Below, in pieces: positions 17,002 to 27,147 of a stretch of 34,633 nt of DNA (positions are counted from its first letter, which is position 1; the number at the start of each line of letters is the position of its first letter). Source of the DNA: Pseudomonadota bacterium. Its GTDB lineage: Bacteria > Pseudomonadota > Gammaproteobacteria > JAAEPA01. Location of the stretch: NCBI GenBank assembly GCA_039714615.1, contig JBDLIZ010000001.1, positions 1 to 34,633 of the forward strand, written 5' to 3'. Position numbers and translations under genes: made by a program. The notes beneath the pieces were generated by a model. The model was not told the origin of the DNA. It ran no database searches and was given only the letters and a program-made list of their open reading frames with translations.

Positions 17002-18978
17002 TTAGACAGCTGAACCGGGCCGCGACATGGCCTCGGGCTCATCATCGGCTGGTTTGATGAGTTGCACGTAAGGCACCTTTTTCAGACTCCACTCCCCAGT
17101 CTTAGCGTCGTAGGTGGAATTGACGAAGCACTTCCAGTTCTCATCGTCGATCCGCAAGAAGTCCGCACGGTAGTAATAGCCGGGATAGCGGCTCTCCTCG
17201 CGGAACTGGATGTGTTTCATGTGGGCCTCGGCGGCCAACATACGGTGATAGTTCTCCCAAGCCCGCAGCAACTCGTGCAAATCCTTGGCACGCAACTTGG
17301 CACCGTCCTCCTTGAGCATCCCCAGCTTGCGCTCAGCCACCTTGAGCATGGCGGCATTGGTCTGGTACATGGTAGATACACCCGCCACGTATTCGTCCAT
17401 GATCTTCTGCAGACGGAACTGATACATCTTCGGGGTGATGTAATGCGGGTTCACATCAATGGCCGTGGTGTAGTCCTTGTGCTCCAGGAAGGTCTTCACC
17501 GGTTGGTAGATTTCCTCTACCAGGTCTTCCACCGAACGCTCCAATTCCGGCTGCCAATCCTTGTTGTCTATGACAAACTTGACCATGGACTTGGCGGCCA
17601 TACGCCCTTCTGCATGAGAGCCGGATGAGAACTTGTGGCCGGAAGCGCCGACGCCGTCACCCCCCGTGAACAAACCTTTGACGGTGCTCATGCGGTTATA
17701 ACCCCAGTGATAATGATCCGGGGTACCGGGGATGTCCTCGGGACCCGAGCACCAGATACCGGCACAACCGGCATGGGAGCCGAGCAGGTAGGGTTCGGTG
17801 GGCATCAGCTCGGACATCTCCTTGTCGGGTTCGATGTTCTCGCCGGCCCACACACCACATTGACCGATGGTCATGTCCAGGAAGTCTTCCCAGGCCTCGG
17901 CTTCGAGATGTTTGATCTCTTTCGGGGTCATGTTTTCCGCCAGCTTGGCCATGGCGGTAGGCGTGTCCATGAAGATCGGCCCGCGGCCTTCCTTCATCTC
18001 TTTCATCATCAGATGGTTACGCAGACAAGTCCCCATTTTGAAACCAACGGCATAGGAATCGTAACCAAAATTCTTCAGGTCTTCGTAGTTCTTCTCCTGA
18101 TAATCCTCACCAAAGGCATTCATGGCCTTGGCCTTGAAGAGCAGGAACCAGGCACCGACCGGACCATAGCCATCCTTGAAACGGGCGGGAACGAACCGGT
18201 TCTCCATGAGGGTCAATTCAGCACCGGCCTCAGCGGCCATGGAATAGGTGGAACCTGCATTCCATACCGGATACCAGGCACGGCCCGTACCCTCACCCAC
18301 TGAACGTGGACGGAACACATTGACGGCACCGCCGCAAACCAGCAGACAGGCCTTGAACTTGTAGATAAAGACCTTGTCTTCGCGAACGCTGAATCCGGCT
18401 GCTCCGGCGACCCGGTTGGGATCGTTTTTGTCGTTGATCAGACGCACGATGAACACCCGTTCCTGGATATTCTCGGTACCCAGGGCCTTCTTGGCGGCCT
18501 CGGCGACGATCCACTTATAAGACTCACCGTTGATCATGATCTGCCAGCGGCCGGAACGCACCGGTTTACCGCCTTCGGGCAAGGTCTTGCCCTCGTCACC
18601 GGGCTGTTTCCAAATGGGCAGTCCCCATTTTTCAAAGTTATGCACAGAATCATCCACATGGCGTCCCGTGTCATAGACCAGATCCTCGCGGGTAATGCCC
18701 ATCAAGTCACCGCGTACATAGCGCACATAGTCCGCCGGATCGTTTTCACCCATATAGGTGTTGATCGCAGACAGCCCCTGAGCGACTGCACCGGAGCGGT
18801 CCATGGCGGCCTTGTCCACCAGCTTGACCTTGATATCTACTCCCTGCTCTTTGGCCTTTTCGACCCAAGGCATGATCTCGAATGCACAACCACAGGCGGC
18901 CATGCCACCACCAATCATGAGGATATCGACCTCTTCCTCGATAACCTCTGGATTGCCAAAACCGAATTCTTCACTCAT
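17002..18978 (-). CDS. aprA: Adenylylsulfate (APS) reductase, alpha subunit
   Basis: 658 aa. FAD-binding N-terminus DILMIGGGMAACGCAFE, typical AprA length and sequence, directly downstream of aprB. Confidence 0.95.
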   Translation of the reverse strand: MSEEFGFGNPEVIEEEVDILMIGGGMAACGCAFEIMPWVEKAKEQGVDIKVKLVDKAAMDRSGAVAQGLSAINTYMGENDPADYVRYVRGDLMGITREDLVYDTGRHVDDSVHNFEKWGLPIWKQPGDEGKTLPEGGKPVRSGRWQIMINGESYKWIVAEAAKKALGTENIQERVFIVRLINDKNDPNRVAGAAGFSVREDKVFIYKFKACLLVCGGAVNVFRPRSVGEGTGRAWYPVWNAGSTYSMAAEAGAELTLMENRFVPARFKDGYGPVGAWFLLFKAKAMNAFGEDYQEKNYEDLKNFGYDSYAVGFKMGTCLRNHLMMKEMKEGRGPIFMDTPTAMAKLAENMTPKEIKHLEAEAWEDFLDMTIGQCGVWAGENIEPDKEMSELMPTEPYLLGSHAGCAGIWCSGPEDIPGTPDHYHWGYNRMSTVKGLFTGGDGVGASGHKFSSGSHAEGRMAAKSMVKFVIDNKDWQPELERSVEDLVEEIYQPVKTFLEHKDYTTAIDVNPHYITPKMYQFRLQKIMDEYVAGVSTMYQTNAAMLKVAERKLGMLKEDGAKLRAKDLHELLRAWENYHRMLAAEAHMKHIQFREESRYPGYYYRADFLRIDDENWKCFVNSTYDAKTGEWSLKKVPYVQLIKPADDEPEAMSRPGSAV

Positions 18979-19076
18979 TACTTCATTTCCTCACTGTGGC
19001 GCGCCTCGAACCCGGCGAGACCTGTGCGCCATTTAACTACTTTATTAATTTAACTTTTTAAGCCAATTAAAGTTAT

Positions 19077-19541
19077 TTAACTTGCCACCAGCTGGCTCAT
19101 GTCGCAGCTGTGGGTACCCTTGGTAAATAAGGTGCCGTGATCAGCGAGCTCGTCTATATTCGCCTCGTTTTCGCCACCATAGGGATCGGCTGATCCTTCC
19201 GGAGTGGTACGAATCGGGAATTTGAAGCGCTTCATTTTGCCGTTGCGGAACTTGATGGTCCACATGATCGAATCAGTACCACGCAGTGGTTGAACAGAGC
19301 CACCCATCGGTACGACATCGGCATAATGACGGCATTCGATGGCTTGCTGGGGACAGATTTTCACGCAAGAATAGCACTCCCAGCACTGTTCCGGTTCCTG
19401 ATTGTAGGCCCTCATGGCGTGACCCGTCTCGGAACCATCTTTGTCGAGCATCATCAGGTCATGGGGGCAGATGTACATGCAAGCGGTCTTGTCTTGACCC
19501 TTACAGCCATCGCACTTATCGGTACGTACAAAAGTAGGCAT
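19077..19541 (-). CDS. aprB: Adenylylsulfate (APS) reductase, beta subunit (2x[4Fe-4S])
   Basis: MPTFVRTDKCDGCKGQDKTACMYICPHDLM...CWECYSCVKICPQQAI, the AprB ferredoxin-like Cys clusters plus the C-terminal tail. gagagga RBS upstream. Confidence 0.95.
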   Translation of the reverse strand: MPTFVRTDKCDGCKGQDKTACMYICPHDLMMLDKDGSETGHAMRAYNQEPEQCWECYSCVKICPQQAIECRHYADVVPMGGSVQPLRGTDSIMWTIKFRNGKMKRFKFPIRTTPEGSADPYGGENEANIDELADHGTLFTKGTHSCDMSQLVAS

Positions 19542-20117
19542 TAATGTTGTTCCTCTCTTTGGTTTATCTATGAGCCTGCTGGAAGGTCCGGCTGAAAGAT
19601 TGTCCGGTCATTTGGGAGTGATCAACCGGATATTCCGGGATACGGCCGCCAGGGACCCACGCAAGTTTGGCCGCGCCAACAAAGACGCGAGCCGAAAACA
19701 TATGTTAATAATGCTTGACATCCTAGTCTCTACCCACGATGAGATGAAAAACTTCATGCGGCACGCATGGATGGAGCATCGAACTCCTCAGCCATTAATA
19801 CGGCACCTAAAAACGGCCTGTTTAAATTACACAGTCAGAACGCTAACCCTATAGCGTTTCAAGAAAAATTCCAAATAGTTATAACTTTAGTCCGCATAAA
19901 CAAGCTTTATAATTTTCATTAATGCTTAGCACCTGCCCGGACAAGACTCCATTCAAGAAAAAATCGATTTGCCTTATTTCTATATGGGTATAGCCGATAG
20001 AGATCGCCAGCGGTTAGATTAGGTATTGTGTTTGAATCAATACCCCCTCGAAGACAACGCTCGCAACAGGGTACACCCTATTTCTCACAGTAGTTTGTTT
20101 GGCAATATTAGATTCCA

Positions 20118-21197
20118 ATGATGACAAGACCCGCTATTCGTGAAATCCGCATCAATCCCATCGTCCCGTCTGAATCGGTCTTGATATCGACCGCACGCGG
20201 GATGCGCCCGCGAAAGGATGAACAACCGATCACCCGCGACACCCGCAGACAGGTCGAATCCTGTCCGTTTTGCAGGGGTAATGAATCCAAGACCCCCCCT
20301 ACCATCACGGCCTTCCCCAGCGAGCAGGCGTGGGAGATCCGGATAGTGGAAAATCTATTCCCCGTGCTCGGAGATGAAGATAAAGGTGCCGGCTTGAACT
20401 TCGGTCTACAGCAGGTCATCGATGGCTATGGCCGTCACGAAGTCATCATCGACCATTACCAACACGGTATCGCGGTCCACGAGATGAGCGAGTCGCATCT
20501 GCAGCATCTATTTGGTGTCTACCGCCAGCGCATGGAGGCCCTGTATGTCTCCGATAACCGTTTGCGTTATGTGCTGATATTCAAGAACTTCGGCCCTGCG
20601 GCGGGTGCCAGCATTCCCCATACCCATAGCCAGATCATCGCCATGCCTGTGGTACCGGAAAACGTCATCAACGAACTCGAATACAGCAGGCAGTATTATC
20701 GCAAGCACCACCAATGTATTTTCTGCTCCCTGATCGATGAGGCCCTGACCTTCGAGGCCACTATTTACGATCGCCAGTCCGGCGAGATCCGGCGCAAGAT
20801 CAACGTAGGACAATATGTCATCGAACGTGGCAAACGCTTTGTCGCCATCAAACCCTTCGCCAGCCGTTTCGAATAGGAAGTACATATCCTGCCCTTGACC
20901 CATCACAGTGATTTTCTAACGATCAGCGAAGAAGACCGGGCCGACCTGGCGCGCATCATGAAACGCACTATGACCCGTTTGGAAAGAGTGATCGGTGGCG
21001 CACAATACAATTTCTTCCTGCACACCATTCCCAGAGGTGGTGGATATGAAGATTGCCACCCTAGCTACCACTGGCAACTGGAAATCTGCCCGCGCACCAG
21101 CATCCCTACGGGATTTGAACTCGGATCGGGGCTATTCGTCAGCACCATAAGCCCCGAGGATGCCGCAGCAAAGCTGCGAGCGGTAGAGTTGGATTGA
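20118..21197 (+). pseudogene. GalT-branch HIT nucleotidyltransferase (APS:phosphate adenylyltransferase-like) interrupted by one in-frame TAG
   Basis: ORFs 20118..20876 and 20895..21197 are in the same frame, separated only by TAG at 20874-20876. Motifs are CPFCRGNE (Zn site), IPHTHSQIIAMP (HxHxQ) and PFASRFE-stop-EVHILP, which aligns to E. coli GalT PFWAIWPFETLLLP. Confidence 0.75.
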
Positions 21198-21266
21198 GTG
21201 CACCTCTAATTAAGCAGACATCGCGGCTGCGGCACCACCTTTCTTGTGTAACAGGCAGCAATCCAT

Positions 21267-21317
21267 CTAGCGCTTACATTTGGTCTGGGCACTGTGCAGA
21301 CCTAATGTAAGCACTAG
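21267..21317. terminator. Long hairpin between convergent genes (no U-tract)
   Basis: ctagcgcttacatttggtctg (21267-21287) pairs with cagacctaatgtaagcactag (21297-21317), 19 of 21 complementary, with a 9-nt loop. It lies between the APAT-like gene end and the 73-aa gene end. Confidence 0.35.
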
Positions 21318-21331
21318 ACAGGTTACATCCC

Positions 21332-21553
21332 TTAAGTATCCTTTAGTTCTTCGTGCCATCCCCGGTCGAGGCCAAATTCGAAGGTGTGCATCTTAAAACC
21401 CTCGGGAAAGGCCTTTTCCAAACGTTCGACAAAGGCCTTATACACCTCCGCCTTATGCTGCTGCACATTGTAGTCACGGGTGCCGGTATCGACACCCCGG
21501 ATTTCGAGTTCCATCTTGAATTCAATCTCCGGTGCGATCTGTACTCGAATCAT
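21332..21553 (-). CDS. Small hypothetical protein (73 aa)
   Basis: ATG at 21553 preceded by ggag with a 6-nt spacer. Protein MIRVQIAPEIEFKMELEIRGVDTG...HTFEFGLDRGWHEELKDT. No family recognised. The listed TTG start at 21565 is less likely. Confidence 0.5.
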   Translation of the reverse strand: MIRVQIAPEIEFKMELEIRGVDTGTRDYNVQQHKAEVYKAFVERLEKAFPEGFKMHTFEFGLDRGWHEELKDT

Positions 21554-21594
21554 TTCTTTCTCCAAATTGTGCTGATCATTGAGACCGGAATTAA

Positions 21595-21642
21595 GGGCAG
21601 CGTCTCTCCTGCCCGAGGTGAGGAGGGGATCTCCCCCTCACC
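21595..21642 (-). terminator. Tandem GC-rich hairpins after hppA
   Basis: ggtgaggagggga/tccccctcacc (21617-21642) and gggcag-cgtctctc-ctgccc (21595-21614). On the minus strand the second is followed by ttaatt, a weak U-tract. Confidence 0.35.
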
Positions 21643-21676
21643 CCTGGCGACCCGGCCACCAAATGAGCTAATCAAT

Positions 21677-23713
21677 CTAAAGCAATGGAACCATCATCAA
21701 GGCCACGATATTCATGATCTTGATCAATGGATTGATCGCCGGACCCGCCGTATCCTTGTAGGGGTCGCCCACGGTGTCGCCGGTCACCGAGGCCTTGTGG
21801 GCCTCTGAACCCTTGCCCCCGTGATTATCATCCTCAATAAACTTTTTGGCATTGTCCCATGCCCCACCACCGGTAGTCATGGATATGGCGACGAACAGAC
21901 CCGTGACGATAGAGCCGAGCAGTAACCCGCCCAAGGCCTGGGGACCCAAGATCAATCCTACCACCACCGGAACCAATACCGGCAACAGCGATGGAATAAT
22001 CATCTCTTTGATCGCCGACCGAGTAAGCAAATCCACGGCGGTGGAATAGTCCGGCTGCTCGGTCCCGTCCATGATCCCCGGTTTCTCTCTGAACTGTCGG
22101 CGCACCTCTTCGACCACCGATCCGGCGGCCCGACCCACGGCCTCCATGGCCATGGCCCCAAACATATAAGGCACCAAGCCCCCGAGAAACAGGCCGACGA
22201 TTACCAGGTGATTGGATAGATCGAAAGTCAACACCGAACCGGTGTGCGCACTAAGTTCCCGGGTGTAATCCGAAAACAATACCAGGGCCGCAAGGGCGGC
22301 CGAACCGATAGCATAACCCTTGGTGACCGCCTTGGTAGTATTGCCCACGGCATCGAGGGCGTCGGTGGTATTACGTACGCTGGAATCAAGGTTTGCCATC
22401 TCTGCAATCCCACCGGCGTTATCAGTAATGGGTCCATAGGCATCCAAGGCCACGATGATGCCCGTCAGGGAGAGCATGGAGGTCGCGGCGATGGCGATAC
22501 CATACAGTTCCGCAAAATAATAGGCCGCCAGGATCCCGATCACCACGGTAATTACCGGCGCCGCGGTGGAGCGCATCGACAGCGCCAGACCCGCAATAAT
22601 GTTGGTGGCATGCCCCGTGGTGGAGGCCGCGGCCACCTGGCGTACGGGTTTAAAATCGGTAGACGTATAGACCTCGGTGATGACCACCAGGGCCCCGGTC
22701 ACCGCCAAGCCCACCAGGGCAGCGGCATAGATCTGCAGTACGCTGTATTGGGGGTTGTCACCCATCAACCATAGAGTGGCGGGGTAAAACAGAAGGGCGG
22801 ACAATACCCCTGATACGATCACCCCTCGGTATAGTGCATTCATTACGTTGCCACCGGGATGAACCTTGCCACCCTCGCGAATGTAAACAAAGAAGGTGCC
22901 GATGATGGCCGAAATGATAGACAAGCCGCCCAAGGCCAGCGGATAAAGCACCGCACCCTCCTCCGAAAAGCTGGCCGCCGCCAGGATCATGGTGGCGATG
23001 ATGGTTACCGCATAGGTCTCGAACAGATCGGCGGCCATCCCCGCACAGTCACCGACATTATCGCCGACATTATCCGCGATGACCGCAGGGTTGCGTGGAT
23101 CGTCTTCCGGGATACCTGCCTCTACCTTACCCACCAGGTCAGCGCCTACATCCGCACCTTTGGTGAAGATGCCCCCGCCCAGACGGGCAAAGATGGAAAT
23201 CAGCGATCCGCCGAAGGCCAAACCGACCAATGGCGCGAGTTCCACACTCGCCCCTTCGGCCGCCATATACACCAAAACACTGTAAAAACCGGCCACTCCG
23301 AGTAACCCGAGACCGACCACCAGCATTCCGGTCACGGCCCCACCTCGGAAGGAGGTCTGCAGACCTGCATTGAGGCCCTGTCTAGCCGCTTCGGTGGTAC
23401 GAGAGTTAGTACGCACGGAGATATGCATACCGATAAAACCGGTTAGCCCCGAAAGTATTGCGCCCACGGCAAAACCAATCGCCGTCAGCATACCCAGGGC
23501 GAACAAAATAATGACGAACAGGACGATGCCGACCATCCCTATGGTGATGTACTGGCGCTTAAGATAAGCCAAGGCGCCCTCCTGAATGGCGCCCGCAATA
23601 CGCATCATTTCCTCGCTACCAGAGGGTAGAGCAAATATTTTATAGCTAGTGAATACGCCAAACACGATGGCGCCTAGCGCACACAGCAAAGCAAAGATCA
23701 ATACAATGGACAT
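21677..23713 (-). CDS. hppA: Membrane-bound proton-translocating pyrophosphatase, Lys-type (K+-independent signature)
   Basis: 678 aa, about 16 TM segments. Motifs [56 protein letters not shown] and [16 protein letters not shown] (Lys at the Ala/Lys K+-dependence position). Confidence 0.95.
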   Translation of the reverse strand: MSIVLIFALLCALGAIVFGVFTSYKIFALPSGSEEMMRIAGAIQEGALAYLKRQYITIGMVGIVLFVIILFALGMLTAIGFAVGAILSGLTGFIGMHISVRTNSRTTEAARQGLNAGLQTSFRGGAVTGMLVVGLGLLGVAGFYSVLVYMAAEGASVELAPLVGLAFGGSLISIFARLGGGIFTKGADVGADLVGKVEAGIPEDDPRNPAVIADNVGDNVGDCAGMAADLFETYAVTIIATMILAAASFSEEGAVLYPLALGGLSIISAIIGTFFVYIREGGKVHPGGNVMNALYRGVIVSGVLSALLFYPATLWLMGDNPQYSVLQIYAAALVGLAVTGALVVITEVYTSTDFKPVRQVAAASTTGHATNIIAGLALSMRSTAAPVITVVIGILAAYYFAELYGIAIAATSMLSLTGIIVALDAYGPITDNAGGIAEMANLDSSVRNTTDALDAVGNTTKAVTKGYAIGSAALAALVLFSDYTRELSAHTGSVLTFDLSNHLVIVGLFLGGLVPYMFGAMAMEAVGRAAGSVVEEVRRQFREKPGIMDGTEQPDYSTAVDLLTRSAIKEMIIPSLLPVLVPVVVGLILGPQALGGLLLGSIVTGLFVAISMTTGGGAWDNAKKFIEDDNHGGKGSEAHKASVTGDTVGDPYKDTAGPAINPLIKIMNIVALMMVPLL

Positions 23714-23935
23714 AACATCCCCTTTTTATTCCCGAACGCTAATAAATCGTTATTCTGTTGGTCATCCGCCAAGATCATGAAATTCTAATATATAGGCATG
23801 AGAGCGTCTGTATATCCTCCTGTATATACTTAAAACTCAGCGTTTCTCAGCAGGGCGAAGAACCTCGCTACGCACTTCCTCGCGCCCCAAAATCACAGCG
23901 CCATGACATCACCCGTCCGTGAAGAATACAGACGA

Positions 23936-24133
23936 TTAAGCGCCTTTGAATTTAGTACCCGGCGCGAAACCAAATATATTTTCTAGGTCGAGCTCCCGGA
24001 TTAACGCATCCACGGTCTGCTGACCATGCTCGCGTTGAACCTCGGCCAAGATAAGACGAGCCCCGTTACGGGTATACATACTGGCCACCTGAGCCTGATT
24101 GGTGAGAAGTTCACGTGCCTTATCAACTGTCAT
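23936..24133 (-). CDS. Small hypothetical protein (65 aa) between pfp and hppA
   Basis: ATG at 24133 preceded by agga with a 7-nt spacer. Protein MTVDKARELLTNQAQVASMYTRNGARLILAEVQREHGQQTVDALIRELDLENIFGFAPGTKFKGA. Helical and soluble-looking. No family recognised. Confidence 0.5.
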   Translation of the reverse strand: MTVDKARELLTNQAQVASMYTRNGARLILAEVQREHGQQTVDALIRELDLENIFGFAPGTKFKGA

Positions 24134-24171
24134 GAGATCATCCTGAGTTATCGGTCAGAGCCCCATATTTT

Positions 24172-24335
24172 TACCCATGATGAATGAGTTTTCAGGACAC
24201 ATAGCCCATCGCCTTTGCCGCATAGCTGCGTTAGAACACGAAAACCATAGATATAACTATGCCTTACGTATTCTGCCTTGCTCTGTGACAAATCCGACGC
24301 ACTCTGCACACCCGAAAACCCATCCGTCATGGGTA
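24172..24335. mobile_element. Foldback MITE family A, copy 3 (164 bp)
   Basis: tacccatgatgaatgagttttcagga ... cccgaaaacccatccgtcatgggta. Full-length alignment to copy 2 with about a dozen substitutions. It lies 38 nt upstream of the 65-aa gene start. Confidence 0.9.
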
Positions 24336-24354
24336 TAACGGCACCGGACACATC

Positions 24355-24387
24355 TTTCAAAACGCGAACCCGAGAAAACCGGGCTCG
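24355..24387 (-). terminator. Candidate terminator after pfp
   Basis: cgaacccgag-aaaa-ccgggctcg (24365-24387) gives 7 pairs with an internal mismatch. On the minus strand it is followed by cguuuug. Confidence 0.4.
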
Positions 24388-24432
24388 TGCATTCGTAAAC
24401 ACGACCATACCGATTAGAATTCGCAACACCCA

Positions 24433-24451
24433 TACCCATGACGGATGGGTA
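24433..24451. repeat. Solo MITE-A terminal motif (19 nt), inverted orientation
   Basis: tacccatgacggatgggta is the exact reverse complement of the right-end sequence tacccatccgtcatgggta of all three MITE-A copies. It lies 97 nt from copy 3 and 10 nt from the pfp stop. Confidence 0.7.
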
Positions 24452-24461
24452 TAACCCCTCG

Positions 24462-25733
24462 CTATATATTCAATTTAAACTCAGTATTCAGCTTCTTAGC
24501 CACAGGCGCGTTTTTCAGGGTTACATATTGTGGCAAGCCGTTTTTATAGGGCGGATAGTCCTCACCCTTGATCAGTGGCTGCAGATAGTTGCGGCAACGC
24601 TTGGTGATACCGAAACCATCCTTGCTGATGAAATTGCGGGGCATCATTTTTTCCACATTGGCCACCTTGGAGAGCTTGGTGCTGCCGATCTTCCAACGAT
24701 AGGGCTTATTAGAGGTGCGCACGATGGTCGCCATGACGGCATTGTTACCTTTCAAGGCCAATTCCACGGCGGCCTTTCCCACCGCATAGGCCTGGTCCAC
24801 ATCGGTCTTGGAGGCGATATGGCGCGCGGCACGCTGCAGATAATCGGCCACCGCCCAATGGTATTTATGTCCTAACTTGCCCTTGACGAGTTCTGCGATC
24901 ACCGGGGCAACACCGCCCAACTGCGCGTGCCCGAAGGCATCCCGGCTGCCCGCCTCGGCCAAAAATATCCCTTCGGCATTGCGTACGCCTTCGGAGACCA
25001 CGATCGCGCAATAACCATAGTTATTTACGGCATTCTGAACCTTGACCATAAAGGCCTGTTCATCGAACACAATCTCCGGAAACAGGATGATATGCGGAGC
25101 ATCGCCCGGCGCTTCCGCTGCCAGCCCGCCGGCGGCGGCGATCCACCCGGCATGACGCCCCATGACCTCAAGGACGAAGATCTTGGTCGAGGTCTTGGCC
25201 ATCGAGGCAACATCGAAGGCCGCTTCGCGGATGGATACCGCCACATACTTTGCCACCGACCCGAAACCGGGAGAGTTGTCGGTAACCGGTAAATCGTTAT
25301 CGACGGTCTTCGGGACGCCGACACAGGTCATGGGATAGCCCATTTTCTGGCCCAGTTGTGAGACCTTGTGAGCGGTATCCTGCGAATCACCCCCGCCATT
25401 GTAAAAGAAATAACCGATATTATGGGCCTTGAAAACCTCGATCAGGCGCTCGTACTCGGCCTTGTTCTCCTCAAGCCCCTTGAGTTTGTAACGACATGAG
25501 CCGAAGGCCCCGGATGGCGTATGACGTAAAGCGGCGATGGCGCGGGCCGATTCCTTGCTGGTGTCGATCAGGTCTTCGGTAAGCGCGCCGATAATGCCAT
25601 TGCGCCCCGCGTAGACCTTGCCGATCTTGTCTTTGTGCTTACGCGCGGTTTCGATCACACCGCAGGCGGAGGCATTGATGACGGCCGTGACACCGCCGGA
25701 CTGGGCATAAAACGCATTCATTTTCTTTGTCAT
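24462..25733 (-). CDS. pfp: Pyrophosphate-dependent 6-phosphofructokinase (about 420-aa methanotroph/sulfur-oxidiser type)
   Basis: 423 aa. QSGGVTAVINASACG, FFYNGGGDSQDTAHK, GVPKTVDNDL and EVMGRHAGWIAA are PFK-A family motifs. Length and sequence resemble the Methylococcus-type PPi-PFK as I recall it, and it is adjacent to hppA. Confidence 0.8.
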   Translation of the reverse strand: MTKKMNAFYAQSGGVTAVINASACGVIETARKHKDKIGKVYAGRNGIIGALTEDLIDTSKESARAIAALRHTPSGAFGSCRYKLKGLEENKAEYERLIEVFKAHNIGYFFYNGGGDSQDTAHKVSQLGQKMGYPMTCVGVPKTVDNDLPVTDNSPGFGSVAKYVAVSIREAAFDVASMAKTSTKIFVLEVMGRHAGWIAAAGGLAAEAPGDAPHIILFPEIVFDEQAFMVKVQNAVNNYGYCAIVVSEGVRNAEGIFLAEAGSRDAFGHAQLGGVAPVIAELVKGKLGHKYHWAVADYLQRAARHIASKTDVDQAYAVGKAAVELALKGNNAVMATIVRTSNKPYRWKIGSTKLSKVANVEKMMPRNFISKDGFGITKRCRNYLQPLIKGEDYPPYKNGLPQYVTLKNAPVAKKLNTEFKLNI

Positions 25734-25855
25734 TAAATCTCCCCTCGAATCAACGGATCTATAAAAAGCTGGCTGGTTAAATAATAATTGGCTGCAAAGG
25801 CCTGACTAGATATTCAGTGAATTGATGAGCGAGGTTCGTGATCCGGAATCAGGAA

Positions 25856-26218
25856 TCAGGAATCAGGAAATGCGCCACTGCGGACACTGTCATAATCAGC
25901 TTGCGACTGAAGCAGGGTAACCACACATTCAGCAATGTTATCAAATTCATCAACCCCGGTACCCAGCTGCTGCTCAAGGTCGTCCTGGTAGAAAAACTGG
26001 CTACGATAACGCCCTTCGTCGACCTTGATCACGACGAAATTACAGGCCTTGACTGACCAGAACACGGCGGGACAACTGGCAAGCGACTTATCACCTGGTT
26101 GCAGAAACAACTCCACATCGGCAAGGTGCAGCTCTGTTATACTCTTACCCCACCGCTCGTCCACGGCGGTCTGAATCGACCATTGCTCAGTGTCTGTAAA
26201 ATCGGGTATGGTGCCCAT
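25856..26218 (-). CDS. Hypothetical protein (120 aa)
   Basis: Clean ORF divergent from adk. No family recognised. Its stop codon lies inside a (ggaatca)x3 heptamer repeat. Confidence 0.5.
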   Translation of the reverse strand: MGTIPDFTDTEQWSIQTAVDERWGKSITELHLADVELFLQPGDKSLASCPAVFWSVKACNFVVIKVDEGRYRSQFFYQDDLEQQLGTGVDEFDNIAECVVTLLQSQADYDSVRSGAFPDS

Positions 26219-26390
26219 CGTTTCCTTGGTCTTCAGCGGGTTTGTCGGAACATGGGCAGAATACCGTCTGAATGCTCAGGCTACAAGCAATGATTGGCTA
26301 GAAGTCATTGAAAGTTCATAAATTTTCTGTATTGGGTTATCAATTCTCGCAAGTAGGCCATGGCCGAAGAGTATGGCAGAATGGACCTGA

Positions 26391-27071
<681 letters not shown>

Positions 27072-27147
27072 TTGAATCATCAAGAAAAAAATCACCCAAT
27101 ATACTCAACAGAGTACTACTCGCACGTGCCACCAGGGACGGTGGCAA

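Noticed and set aside
17062-18303. Antisense ORFs 17062..17628 and 17635..18303 (188 and 222 aa) opposite aprA
   Set aside because: aprA is unambiguous on the minus strand. The antisense frames are His/Gly/Leu/Val-rich with no motifs, a common artefact of strong codon bias.
19570-19854. 94-aa ORF in the aprB / APAT-like divergent spacer
   Set aside because: No RBS, composition unlike the neighbouring genes, and it lies in what is more likely the long aprBA promoter and 5' leader. I also could not support a specific -35/-10 pair here; the ttgaca at 19717 has no convincing -10.
22244-23305. Plus-strand ORFs inside hppA (176 and 148 aa)
   Set aside because: They are antisense to a clear 678-aa pyrophosphatase, and their Gly/Arg/Asp-rich translations look like artefacts.
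25845-25869. Heptamer tandem repeat (ggaatca)x3 plus a partial unit, overlapping the stop codon of the 120-aa gene
   Set aside because: Three units are too few to argue for phase variation, and unit gain or loss would alter only the last few residues. Noted as a simple sequence repeat only.
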